DNA from: Candidatus Latescibacterota bacterium
Lineage (GTDB): Bacteria > Latescibacterota > UBA2968 > UBA8231
Direction of reading: 5' to 3'
Length of the DNA stretch: 64,000 bases
Assembly: GCA_965203175.1 (NCBI GenBank)
Contig: OZ241867.1
Location: 4,640,001 to 4,704,000, forward strand
Positions 10,026 through 19,066 of the stretch are shown here, piece by piece (the stretch's first letter is position 1; the number at the start of each line of letters is the position of its first letter). Made by a program: the position numbers and the translations under genes. The notes below the pieces were generated by a model that saw only the letters and a list, made by a program, of their open reading frames with translations, was not told the origin of the DNA and searched no databases.

Positions 10026-11132
10026 TCAAGAAGCAGTTTCGCTCCCTCGAACGTAGCGCTCCAGAGCTTTTTCGTCCAGTACGCAACCCAAGCCCGGCTG
10101 CATGGGCGTGGGCACGTACCCATCGACAAAAGGAATCGGCTCGACGATCAGGTCGTCTTCGCGAGTCCAGCTCCCCACAAAATCCGAAGCCATCGTGCAG
10201 TTGGGCGCAGCCGCGGCCGCGTGGACGTACGCGGTATCAACAATGCCCAAGTCATTGCCCGACCCGTGCCAGCAGCGCAGGCCCGCCGCTGCCGCTACGG
10301 CCGCGTTCTTCTGAAAGCCCACGAGGCTGCCGCCCAAGTTCAGACAATCGACGACCTCGGCCTTGATGGCGCGGATGATAGCTGGCCCGCTCCCCACGTG
10401 CATGGCCACCGGCAGATTGATGGCCTCGTGGATCTGAATATAGCCTTCCAAGTCGGATTTAGGGATGGGATCCTCAAAGACCTCGACATTGCCCACGGCC
10501 TCTAGCTGCTGCGCCAACTCGATGGTCTGCTCGGCCGTGTGGAAGCGCTCGTTGGGATCGACCGTCACCTTGAAATCCACGCCGCCCACCTCGCGCATGG
10601 CCTGGAGCCTCTCGACCATCGGCTCCTCGATCTTGCACTTGATCTTGACGCCTTTGAACCCGTGCTCAAGCGCCCGCGCGACCGCCCGCTTGCCGTCTTC
10701 AGGCGTCTGGTGGCCCATCCAGTAGTCGGCGCGCACCCGGTCGCGCACCGCGCCGCCCAATAGCGCGTGTACCGGCACTTGGCGAGCCTTGCCCACCAAG
10801 TCAAAAATCGCCATCTCAAAGGCGTCGTACGCCGGCCCAGTTCCCACCGTCGGCAGTTCCTCCGTACCGTCGTGCCGATCAGCAAAAATATCCTGCAAGG
10901 TCAGTTGCTCGGGATCTTTGCCCAAAAGCTGGGCCGCTCCTTCCCGGACCTGGTCTATCGGCACGCCGCGGCCAGTCTCGCCCAAGCCCACCAATTCAGT
11001 ATCCGTATTCAGGCGCACGATGTGCTTGGGCACTTGGTCCCACCCGGTTTCGGCGACCCATTCCGGGCTGTGTACCCGACCGGAGATGGTCGGCACCACT
11101 ACGGTCCAAATATCGACAGCCGTTATTTTCAT
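10026..11132 (-). CDS. Mandelate racemase/muconate lactonizing enzyme family protein
   Basis: Start MKITAVD overlaps the upstream stop (ATGA); KIK, VDPNE, FEDP, PGLG motifs. Confidence 0.88.
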   Translation of the reverse strand: MKITAVDIWTVVVPTISGRVHSPEWVAETGWDQVPKHIVRLNTDTELVGLGETGRGVPIDQVREGAAQLLGKDPEQLTLQDIFADRHDGTEELPTVGTGPAYDAFEMAIFDLVGKARQVPVHALLGGAVRDRVRADYWMGHQTPEDGKRAVARALEHGFKGVKIKCKIEEPMVERLQAMREVGGVDFKVTVDPNERFHTAEQTIELAQQLEAVGNVEVFEDPIPKSDLEGYIQIHEAINLPVAMHVGSGPAIIRAIKAEVVDCLNLGGSLVGFQKNAAVAAAAGLRCWHGSGNDLGIVDTAYVHAAAAAPNCTMASDFVGSWTREDDLIVEPIPFVDGYVPTPMQPGLGCVLDEKALERYVRGSETAS

Positions 11133-12193
11133 GGGATAAAACTCGTCTTTCCATCGACGGTCAGCGCAAACTCCGCCAATAGCTGTGCGGTGTGGTCCAA
11201 ATCGGCCAAGGACGCGATCTCGACTGGCGTGTGCATGTAGCGCTGCGGCACGCTGACCAAGCCAGTGGCCACCCCGGCCCGACTGAGTTGGATGGCGTTG
11301 GCGTCCGTGCCCGTACCTCCCGGCTCGGCTTGGATCTGATAGGGAATTTTCTTCTTCTCTGCTACCTCCACCAGTCGCTCGTACACGACCGGGCTGGCGT
11401 TGGCCCCGCGCAAAATGACCGGCCCTCCACCCAACTTGCACTCGCCGACTTGGCGTTTATCAATATCTGGATGATCCGTTGCCCAAGTAACATCCACAGC
11501 AATACCCACCAGCGGATCTACCCCATAAGCACTGGTCTTGGCTCCCCGCAACCCCACTTCCTCCTGCACGGTGGCCACCGCATACACCGCGGCGCGGCAC
11601 TTGCGCTTGGCGCGGCTCACCCGCCGCAGCGCCTCGGCGACCACCCAAGCACCGGCCTTATTGTCAATCCCCCGCGACACCACCAGCCCATTGCGCAGTT
11701 CCTCAAAGTTGGCATCGTAGGTCACGGGGTCGCCGATGGCCACTAGTTGCCGCGCCTCGTCCGCGTCGGCCGCGCCGATATCGATCCACAAGTCGTGTTT
11801 GTCCGGTACTTTGGTCCGATCCGCTGCCTTCATCAGGTGAATGGGCTTTTTGCCCAACACGCCCAAGACCGGCCCTTGCGCCGTGTGGACGCGCACCTTG
11901 CGGCCCGGTACGATCTGCAAGTCAAAGCCGCCGATGGTGTCAAAGTACAGATAGCCTTTGTCGTCGATGTAAACGATCTGGAAACCCAACTCGTCGGCAT
12001 GCCCGGCGAACATGATCTTGGGGCGACCGGATTCGTTGTGGATGCCGATGGTATTGCCGTGGACATCGACCTCGACGCGGTCGGCGTACTTTGCCACTGC
12101 GTCCTTCCACACCGCCCGCACCGGCCCTTCGTAACCCGAAGGACCAGGGGCACTGAGGAGATCGACGAGGAACTGCTTGGATGCTGGACGCAT
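11129..12193 (-). CDS. M42 family metallopeptidase
   Basis: PGPSGYE, GHADE, IDNKAG, VQEEVGLRGA, YMHTPVE motifs. Confidence 0.93.
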   Translation of the reverse strand: MRPASKQFLVDLLSAPGPSGYEGPVRAVWKDAVAKYADRVEVDVHGNTIGIHNESGRPKIMFAGHADELGFQIVYIDDKGYLYFDTIGGFDLQIVPGRKVRVHTAQGPVLGVLGKKPIHLMKAADRTKVPDKHDLWIDIGAADADEARQLVAIGDPVTYDANFEELRNGLVVSRGIDNKAGAWVVAEALRRVSRAKRKCRAAVYAVATVQEEVGLRGAKTSAYGVDPLVGIAVDVTWATDHPDIDKRQVGECKLGGGPVILRGANASPVVYERLVEVAEKKKIPYQIQAEPGGTGTDANAIQLSRAGVATGLVSVPQRYMHTPVEIASLADLDHTAQLLAEFALTVDGKTSFIP

Positions 12194-12203
12194 AAATCTC
12201 CTT

Positions 12204-13661
12204 CTAGTCTGATGTCGCAGGTTTACAACAGGCACCAATGGCGCAGACCGCCGTGTTGACGACGAGACCAATCACTCCGGCGTGAAAGCCCCAGATCATC
12301 GGTTTGCCCCCGAAGGTAAACCCCAGTGCCACCGCCAGCCCGCACACCATGCCGAGCAGCGCCGTCTGCGCCGATAGCCGCTTCCAGTACAACCCTAGGA
12401 AAAAGCACGGCACAACCTGGATCAAGACCTCGAACTTCAACTCCAACAGCCGTACCAAGGTCGCGTCGGTACCGATCGCCACCGCGACCAGCACGGCGAC
12501 GATGACCCACGAGCAAATCTTGCCCACCTTCGTCAGCTCGGCCTCCGTGGCCTGCGGCCGGAAATACGGCAGGTAAATGTCTTTGGTGAACATCGACGAG
12601 ATCGACAACAGCGCCGAATCCGCAGTGGACATCAGCGCCGCCAGCACCGCGGCAAAGATCGCCACGACCAGCCAGTAGCCCAGCGCGGACTCACCCATCA
12701 CCAGCGCGCAGAGCCGGGCCAGCACTTGGTCGCTTTCGGCTTTGCTCAGATCGGGCAACACCACCGCAGCCGTCAAGCCGCAAATCAAGGCCACTAGAGT
12801 CGTAGTCAGCGGCATAAAGGCCATCAGGGTCAGCGAGCGCTTGAGCACCGAGACCGAGCGGCTGGCGTACAGCCGTTGGATCGCCTGTGGGTAAATGGCC
12901 GCCCCACAGCCCAACAGCAGCGCGTAGCTTATCCACTTGTTGGCCCCCTCCAGACTCGGCGCTTGGACCTTGGGCGGATCCATTTCGCTCAGTTGGGCCA
13001 CCACATGCCCCAGGCCCCCACCTAGATTCTGCGGGATGAGAAAGACCAAAATGCCGAAGCCCAACAGCAGCACGCCCCCCTGCATAACATCCGTCCACGC
13101 CACCGAGCGCATCCCCCCCAAGGTCTCATAGATGACCATAATCACTGCCAAGCCGATAATGCCGTAGCTGCCGGGAATCGCGCCGTCGGTGATCCCTTCT
13201 ACTGCCGCACCCATCGCCTTGAGTTGGGCCAGCGCGTAGTTGCCCAGTGCGTAGATCATCAAGACCGTACTCAGCAGCGTCAGCACCGCCGAGCGGAAGC
13301 GATGCGTAATATAGTCGCCAGGGGTGATAAACCCCTCTTTGCGCGCCAGCGCGACCAAGCGCGGGGCAAAGAGCATGTAGCCGACGATGATCGAGAACAT
13401 AAAGAGCACCGACGCCGTCCACTCAAAGCCAATGCGATAGGTCTTGCCCGTGTAGCCAAAGAGCGTATTGCCGCTGTACTGGGTCGCGTAGAGCGTCAAA
13501 AAGAGCACCAGCAGACCCATCGAGCGCCCCGCCAGATAGAAGTCGGCCATGCTATTGGAGCGGCGGCGCGTGCGCGCAATCCACCCCACGCCGATCATCG
13601 AGACCAGGTACAGCCCCACCGCGATGAGTGCGCCCGGACCAAACACCATGCCGCCCATCAC
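12204..13661 (-). CDS. Sodium:solute symporter
   Basis: DFYLAGRS, GGMRSVAWTD, AALMSTADS motifs; many TM segments. Confidence 0.92.
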   Translation of the reverse strand: MMGGMVFGPGALIAVGLYLVSMIGVGWIARTRRRSNSMADFYLAGRSMGLLVLFLTLYATQYSGNTLFGYTGKTYRIGFEWTASVLFMFSIIVGYMLFAPRLVALARKEGFITPGDYITHRFRSAVLTLLSTVLMIYALGNYALAQLKAMGAAVEGITDGAIPGSYGIIGLAVIMVIYETLGGMRSVAWTDVMQGGVLLLGFGILVFLIPQNLGGGLGHVVAQLSEMDPPKVQAPSLEGANKWISYALLLGCGAAIYPQAIQRLYASRSVSVLKRSLTLMAFMPLTTTLVALICGLTAAVVLPDLSKAESDQVLARLCALVMGESALGYWLVVAIFAAVLAALMSTADSALLSISSMFTKDIYLPYFRPQATEAELTKVGKICSWVIVAVLVAVAIGTDATLVRLLELKFEVLIQVVPCFFLGLYWKRLSAQTALLGMVCGLAVALGFTFGGKPMIWGFHAGVIGLVVNTAVCAIGACCKPATSD

Positions 13662-13897
13662 TCTTCCTCCTCGGTATCAATCCAGTAGCGGCGGATCACA
13701 AAAGCCGTCCAAGCGGCCAACAACAGCACCGCCCCCAGCGACACTGCCACCCACAGCGGAAAACCCAGCACCAGCGGCCCCCGATACCCCTCGGGCCAGT
13801 ACCAGGGAACGGCCACCGCATAGAGCAGCAAATAGACGATCCAGATGTAGCCGACCTTGCGCGGCTCAGAGACGAGTTGTTCTTGCGAGTCATTCAT
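13658..13897 (-). CDS. Small two-TM SSS partner protein (DUF3311-like)
   Basis: VPWYWP...VLGFPLW; overlaps the SSS start. Confidence 0.75.
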   Translation of the reverse strand: MNDSQEQLVSEPRKVGYIWIVYLLLYAVAVPWYWPEGYRGPLVLGFPLWVAVSLGAVLLLAAWTAFVIRRYWIDTEEEE

Positions 13898-13943
13898 AAT
13901 GAGCAAATCAAAGCGCAGACACCGGAGTTGACAAGGCTTGGTC

Positions 13944-15119
13944 CTAAATCCTGTCAAAAGGCACTGTACTCGCCCCCTGCGGCCGGGGTCCGGTGGGACG
14001 GATAGGCATGTTTTCGGGGGCCTGGTACTGCACGTCCAAATGCGGCGTCTCCAGCCGTATATGGCCTTGGTGACGCGAATCCATCAGCGCGTCCAGACCG
14101 CCGCTTACCAGCAGGGTGCGCTCCACCGGGTACTGCGGTTGGCCCGTGAGAAACATCTCCTGGATATTGAGGCCCAAGTAGCTAAAGTGGGGATAGGGCG
14201 GCCCGTGCAAGCGCAGGCCCGTGGCCTGTACCTCGCCGTTGACGCGGGCCGCGTACGACCATTCCTCGACGTACCCGTTCAAGTGCAGCAGGGTGGCTTT
14301 GAAACCATCCCTGTATTCCAGCAGAAAGGCCGCTGGATTTTCGCAGGCTTTCTCCATGGGGTCGGCCGAGGTTTTGCCCACAGCTGCGGCCGCGTCAGCC
14401 AACTCGCGCGACCACAGGCCGTCGGCACCGGCCTGCCACACGGCCTCGCCCTCCAAACACTGCACGGCCACCAGACCTGTCTCACCGCCCCGACGCCGCT
14501 CGACCATGGCCTGCAGGCCCTCAAAGCCGTGATAGCCGTAGGACTCAATGCCGCCAAAGCTGAGCATGAGGGCGTCTTCGATGGGGACATCCCGCTCGTG
14601 TTCGAGCCAAGGGTCACGCCAGCCCAAGGGCACTGAAGAGCCGGCCATAAAGGGGACGTTAAGTTCCACTGCCCGATCGTACATCCACTTGGCGTCACTC
14701 CAGTTGTAGGACAGGTGCTTGTCGCTGAACACCGGCACCGAGCGGCTGGAGGTGGCCATAACGCCGCAGATCTGTTCAAAGAAAAAGCGCCGGGGATACA
14801 GGTGCTGGCCCTTCTCGTTGAAGGCGTACGCGCCGTGTTCGCCAATGGAGATTACGCCGTCGACGGCCAATTTGTCGCCACCCAGACTCAGAGCCGCGGG
14901 GATACTCTGGTACACGGGTATATCGTATTCTTTGGATACTTGTAGGCCGATGTCATTGTCGGGTATCTGGTCCAGGTACATGGAGGCGATATCCACCTGC
15001 GGATCCTGCATGCCCTCGTCCGTGGGAAAACCCTTGATGAACTTGCCGACAATGACATCGGCGTGCGCCGGGACGCGGTATTCGGTAATAATGGCGGCGA
15101 TCTTTTTGCGCTGGGTCAT
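13944..15119 (-). CDS. Conserved hypothetical, divergent Gfo/Idh/MocA-like oxidoreductase
   Basis: DGVISIGEHG, FSDKHLS, ESYGYH pattern; Rossmann-like N-terminus. Confidence 0.65.
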   Translation of the reverse strand: MTQRKKIAAIITEYRVPAHADVIVGKFIKGFPTDEGMQDPQVDIASMYLDQIPDNDIGLQVSKEYDIPVYQSIPAALSLGGDKLAVDGVISIGEHGAYAFNEKGQHLYPRRFFFEQICGVMATSSRSVPVFSDKHLSYNWSDAKWMYDRAVELNVPFMAGSSVPLGWRDPWLEHERDVPIEDALMLSFGGIESYGYHGFEGLQAMVERRRGGETGLVAVQCLEGEAVWQAGADGLWSRELADAAAAVGKTSADPMEKACENPAAFLLEYRDGFKATLLHLNGYVEEWSYAARVNGEVQATGLRLHGPPYPHFSYLGLNIQEMFLTGQPQYPVERTLLVSGGLDALMDSRHQGHIRLETPHLDVQYQAPENMPIRPTGPRPQGASTVPFDRI

Positions 15120-15298
15120 GGTTGCCTCTCTATGGTTGGATTTGGTTGGATCAAGATAATATCCCGACGGCAGTCCGCAATCGCATTGGGAACTCTGGCC
15201 GCCTCTCTGAAAAACCGGCCGCATTTACTTCGTTGGGTTATTTAGTCTATGATATAGATGTTAAAACCACATAAAATTAGGCCACAGGAGGTTCTTCA

Positions 15299-16297
15299 AT
15301 GACCAGTTCACGCCCCATCAAATGGGGCATCCTCAGCACCGCCAGAATCGGCGTCACCGCCTTCATACCCTCGGCCCGCGCCACACCCGATGCCCAAGTC
15401 CATGCCATAGCCAGCCGCAGCCAAACCACCGCCGACGCCTTTGCCCGCGACCACGATATTCCCGTGGCGCTGGGCAGTTACCAAGCCCTGCTCGACCACC
15501 CGGACATCGACGCCATCTATATCTCGCTGCCCAACTCGCTGCACGCCAAATGGACCATCAAAGCCGCCGAGGCGGGCAAACACATCTTTTGCGAAAAACC
15601 CCTCGCCGTCACCGCAGCCGAAGGCCGGCAAATGGTCGAGGCTTGCCGCAAGGCCGACGTATTGCTCTTTGAGGCTTTTGTCTTCATGCACCATCCCCAA
15701 AGCCGCCGCCTCAAGGAAATCATCGCAGCCGGCGAGATCGGCACCCTGCGCCACATTAACGCCGGCATGACCTTCGTCGTCAACGACCCCAGCAACATCC
15801 GCCTGATTAAAGCGTTGGGCGGCGGCAGCATTTACGACGGCGGCGTGTACCCCATCACCTTTTCGCGCTTTATCGCCGGCACCGACCCGATTAGCGTCCA
15901 GGCGCACATGCGCTTAGACGCGCAAGCCGGGGTGGACGTGGCCACCTCGCTCATCCTCGAATACCTCGACGGCCTCACCGCGACTTTGTACTGTAGTTTC
16001 GAGGGTCGCGGCGGGTCTCATGCTCTCATCACTGGAGATCAGGGACGATTGGTTGTGCCCTCTCCGTACCATCCCGGTGCAGAGAGCAGCTTTGAAGTGG
16101 TCATTGGCTCCGATGAGAGCCGCAGCGAGACTTTCCAGACCGGCACACCACCTTTCCAGCCGGCCATCGACTTTTTCCAGCAATGTATGCGCGGAGAAGA
16201 AACCCCCGCCTATATGGCAGACCACGCCGACGGCACGCTCAGAGTGGTCGAGGCGGCTTTTGAATCGGCCCGCAGTGGGCGGCGGGTGGAGCTGTAG
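15299..16297 (+). CDS. Gfo/Idh/MocA oxidoreductase
   Basis: WGILSTARIG, PNSLH, CEKP, GGGSIYDGGVY motifs. Confidence 0.92.
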   Translation: MTSSRPIKWGILSTARIGVTAFIPSARATPDAQVHAIASRSQTTADAFARDHDIPVALGSYQALLDHPDIDAIYISLPNSLHAKWTIKAAEAGKHIFCEKPLAVTAAEGRQMVEACRKADVLLFEAFVFMHHPQSRRLKEIIAAGEIGTLRHINAGMTFVVNDPSNIRLIKALGGGSIYDGGVYPITFSRFIAGTDPISVQAHMRLDAQAGVDVATSLILEYLDGLTATLYCSFEGRGGSHALITGDQGRLVVPSPYHPGAESSFEVVIGSDESRSETFQTGTPPFQPAIDFFQQCMRGEETPAYMADHADGTLRVVEAAFESARSGRRVEL

Positions 16298-16339
16298 GAT
16301 TACTTTCGCAGACCAGCACCAGCCCCGTTACAGATTGAG

Positions 16340-16606
16340 TTACACACGCTGTTTGGCGGGCTGTGCAGGTGTGCCCATCAACATGCCTTCTGCACTGATG
16401 TCTTCATCGATATCCGGCCAGTGAACGCCCTGCCCATCGCCGATAAATTCATAGTTTTCACGCTGAGCGGGGGTTGCCTCGGAAAGCCGCCAGGACCAAA
16501 CGAGTGGCACACTGATTGTTCGACCATCGAACAAGTCAGCGATGATCAAGTCCTCAGTAATCCTGATGGATTTGATGCGAGGTTCCATATTATTCACAGT
16601 GTTCAC
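16340..16606 (-). CDS. DUF2442 protein (DhiA-like antitoxin)
   Basis: DGRTISVPL, GVHWPDIDEDIS motifs; overlaps DUF4160 gene. Confidence 0.88.
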   Translation of the reverse strand: MNTVNNMEPRIKSIRITEDLIIADLFDGRTISVPLVWSWRLSEATPAQRENYEFIGDGQGVHWPDIDEDISAEGMLMGTPAQPAKQRV

Positions 16607-16826
16607 GCCAAGCCTCCAAAATTATCACGTAGTTCGATTGGATCAACCGCCGAATTTCATTCAGCTCGTGGGGAGAGAACCCGTAATTTTTGCACAATGC
16701 GATGGGTTCAAGCCAGTATTTGCATGTTCTTTTTTCTCTTCTGACATGCACATGCCGAGGTTCCTGACAGTCAAAGCTGAAAAAGAAGAATCGATACGGC
16801 CCTTGGATGCCGCTAACCCTTGGCAT
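16590..16826 (-). CDS. DUF4160 protein (DhiT-like toxin)
   Basis: YRFFFFS..EPRHVHV, KYWLEP motifs. Confidence 0.88.
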   Translation of the reverse strand: MPRVSGIQGPYRFFFFSFDCQEPRHVHVRREKRTCKYWLEPIALCKNYGFSPHELNEIRRLIQSNYVIILEAWREHCE

Positions 16827-16844
16827 TGTAACCCTCTCAAAATA

Positions 16845-16891
16845 GGGTAGTCTTCATAGGTAAACTTGACTATGGGATTGGGGATAGCCAT
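16845..16891 (-). pseudogene. N-terminal stub of a Uma2-type protein
   Basis: GGAGAGG RBS + MAIPNPIVKFTYEDY, a typical Uma2 N-terminus, then an abrupt join to the DUF4160 leader. Confidence 0.55.
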
Positions 16892-16914
16892 GGTCGCCGT
16901 CCTCTCCCTGGTGA

Positions 16915-17138
16915 TGCGTTTCGCCAAGCCCTCCGGGACATTCAGCTAGCAGTCGAAAACCGATTGACTAACCTTTTCGCGTAGCCGGATTTGCCGTATC
17001 TGTTCCGTCTTTGACCGGCGTCAGGCACATCTCGTCGAACATCCTCATGGTCATTTTGTTCAGGACGTCCGCTTCGTGGAGCCCAAGGGCTGTCTCGTGT
17101 ATAGCCGCCAACATCTCGCTTTTGTACTGTTCACTCAT
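16915..17138 (-). pseudogene. HigA/YiaG-like XRE antitoxin pseudogene
   Basis: MSEQYKSEMLAAIHETA...FDEMCLTPVK; frameshift near 17006; then EQIRQIRLREKVSQSVFDC*LNV with TAG at 16946-16948. Confidence 0.8.
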
Positions 17139-17251
17139 CGTTTGGTACTTCAAGTAATGAATGCGCTGAGCATTGTCAACACGATAGCGGAATTCTCGTG
17201 CCTGCGGAGGCGGTCCATGACCTCGGCAGGGCACCTGCACCCAAGGCTACC

Positions 17252-17304
17252 TTGACATTGGGGCAGACATACTATACTTTTGTTCAGGTGTAATTTTGGT
17301 TACA
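17252..17304 (+). promoter_or_regulatory. Sigma70-like promoter and palindrome upstream of DUF5131-TcmP
   Basis: TTGACA at 17252; TATACT/TACTTT at 17273-17280; TGTAA-N6-TTACA at 17289-17304. Confidence 0.5.
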
Positions 17305-17316
17305 TAAAGGTCTCTC

Positions 17317-18993
17317 ATGTCTCGCAAAAGCACTATCGAGTGGACTAACAGCACTTGGAACCCGGTCACTGGCTGCACGAAGGTTAGCGCCGGTTGCGAC
17401 CATTGCTATGCCGAGCGCCTTTCCGAGCGTTTCCGTGGCGTCGAGGGACACCCTTTCGAGTCGGGCTTCGACCTGACCCTTCGCCCCAAACGCCTCGAAC
17501 AACCCATGCAGTGGCGGCGTCCACAGCTCATCTTCGTCAATTCGATGAGCGATCTCTTCCACAAGGACATTCCCACCGACTATATAGAGCGCGTATTCGA
17601 CACGATGGAGCGCGCCGATTGGCACATCTATCAGGTGCTTACCAAGCGCAGTTCGCTGATGCGCCGTTTCGTCCAAGAGCGCTACCGGGGCCAAGCGGCT
17701 CCCCCGCATATCTGGCTCGGCGTGTCCGTCGAAAATCACGCGGCCTTGACGCGCCTCCGGCACTTGCAACAGACCAACGCCTCCGTGCGCTTCGTTTCCT
17801 TTGAGCCGTTGCTCGGTCCAATAGGCGCGGTGGATTTGGAGGGTATTCATTGGGTAATCGCCGGGGGCGAGAGTGGGCCGGGAGCGCGTCCAGTGCGAGC
17901 AGAATGGGTGCGGGCCTTGCGCGACCAGTGTCAGGCTCAGCGCGTCGCCTTCTTCTTTAAGCAATGGGGCGGTCGCACACCGAAAGCGGGTGGGAATACG
18001 CTCGATGGACGGCAATGGCTGGAATATCCAGAAGTGGAGACAGACCAGCAGCTTGAGACACCATTACAAGCTGCTGGTGCTCCAGCCGAGAATGTAAGAA
18101 ACGAGCATCAGGATGTTGGCCCTTGGGCACAGGAGAAACTGGAGTGCCTCCGCAAATATCTCCATGCCTACACAACCATTCTCAGTAAGAGAAAATTCAA
18201 AGGCTATTTCTACATTGACGCCTTTGCGGGACCAGGAACTCTTAAAATCCGCCGACAAAAAACGGACGATCGTGCTCAAAAATTACTTATTGAAGTCTCC
18301 GATTATGTTGCAAAGGATACCGGGGAAGCCGAGTACATAAGCGGATCTCCGCGTGTCGCTCTTGATTTGGAAAGACCTTTTACAGACTACGTATTCATTG
18401 AAATTGATGGAAAGAAGCTAAATCAACTCGAAGAGTTGAAGAACGACTATGAGAGTGAAAACCGACGGATTCACCTGCGCGAGCAAGACTGCAACAACTA
18501 CCTGCGCAAATTAATAAAGGAGACTCAGTGGACTCAGTGGCGGGGTGTCGTCTTTTTAGATCCTTTTGGTATGCAGGTACCTTGGGATACCATTGTCGAA
18601 ATAGGCAAAACCAAGGCCATTGAGATTTTTATCAATTTTCCCGTGGGCATGGCCATCCAGCGTCTGCTCAAGAGAAGTGGGAAATTTACGCCTAAAGAAC
18701 GCAGAAAGATCGACCAATACTTCGGAACCGATGAATGGTATGATCTACTCTACGATTACCGCGAAGATCTGTTCGGCGAAGATAACATCACTAAGGTGCA
18801 AAACTCCGGCGACCTTCTCGTGAAGTGGTATCGCAATCGGCTCAAGGAGGTTTTCGGCTACGTTTCCACTGCACGAGAGATTCAAAACACCCGTGGTCGT
18901 CCGCTATACTATCTCATTTTTGCCGGACCAAATGAAACGGGCGCAAAGATAGCGAATGAAGTGTTGAGACAGGGAGCGAGACGTATCCGGTGA
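17317..18993 (+). CDS. Fusion of DUF5131 (phage Gp37/Gp68) with three-Cys-motif partner TcmP
   Basis: N-half: WNPVTGCTKVSAGCDHCYAE, NSMSDLFH, GGESG, FFFKQWGG. C-half: VGPWAQEKL, YIDAFAGPG, FLDPFG, PLYYLIFA. One uninterrupted frame. Confidence 0.88.
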   Translation: MSRKSTIEWTNSTWNPVTGCTKVSAGCDHCYAERLSERFRGVEGHPFESGFDLTLRPKRLEQPMQWRRPQLIFVNSMSDLFHKDIPTDYIERVFDTMERADWHIYQVLTKRSSLMRRFVQERYRGQAAPPHIWLGVSVENHAALTRLRHLQQTNASVRFVSFEPLLGPIGAVDLEGIHWVIAGGESGPGARPVRAEWVRALRDQCQAQRVAFFFKQWGGRTPKAGGNTLDGRQWLEYPEVETDQQLETPLQAAGAPAENVRNEHQDVGPWAQEKLECLRKYLHAYTTILSKRKFKGYFYIDAFAGPGTLKIRRQKTDDRAQKLLIEVSDYVAKDTGEAEYISGSPRVALDLERPFTDYVFIEIDGKKLNQLEELKNDYESENRRIHLREQDCNNYLRKLIKETQWTQWRGVVFLDPFGMQVPWDTIVEIGKTKAIEIFINFPVGMAIQRLLKRSGKFTPKERRKIDQYFGTDEWYDLLYDYREDLFGEDNITKVQNSGDLLVKWYRNRLKEVFGYVSTAREIQNTRGRPLYYLIFAGPNETGAKIANEVLRQGARRIR

Positions 18994-19066
18994 GGTATAT
19001 CTATCGCTCAGCTTATTTGCTTAAACGCCAATACCGCGACACTGGCTCACGCTACAGCCGGCTCCC

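Noticed and set aside
11133-11441. N-terminal extension of the MR/MLE ORF in the track
   Set aside because: Overlaps the M42 peptidase; the true start is MKITAVD at 11132 (ATGA coupling)
17139-17240. Possible RelE/HigB toxin remnant upstream of the HigA-like pseudogene (YRVDNAQRIHYLK)
   Set aside because: Too short and divergent to call without a search
16310-19056. Weak similarity between 16317-16333 and 19039-19056 as possible island boundaries
   Set aside because: Too degenerate to distinguish from chance
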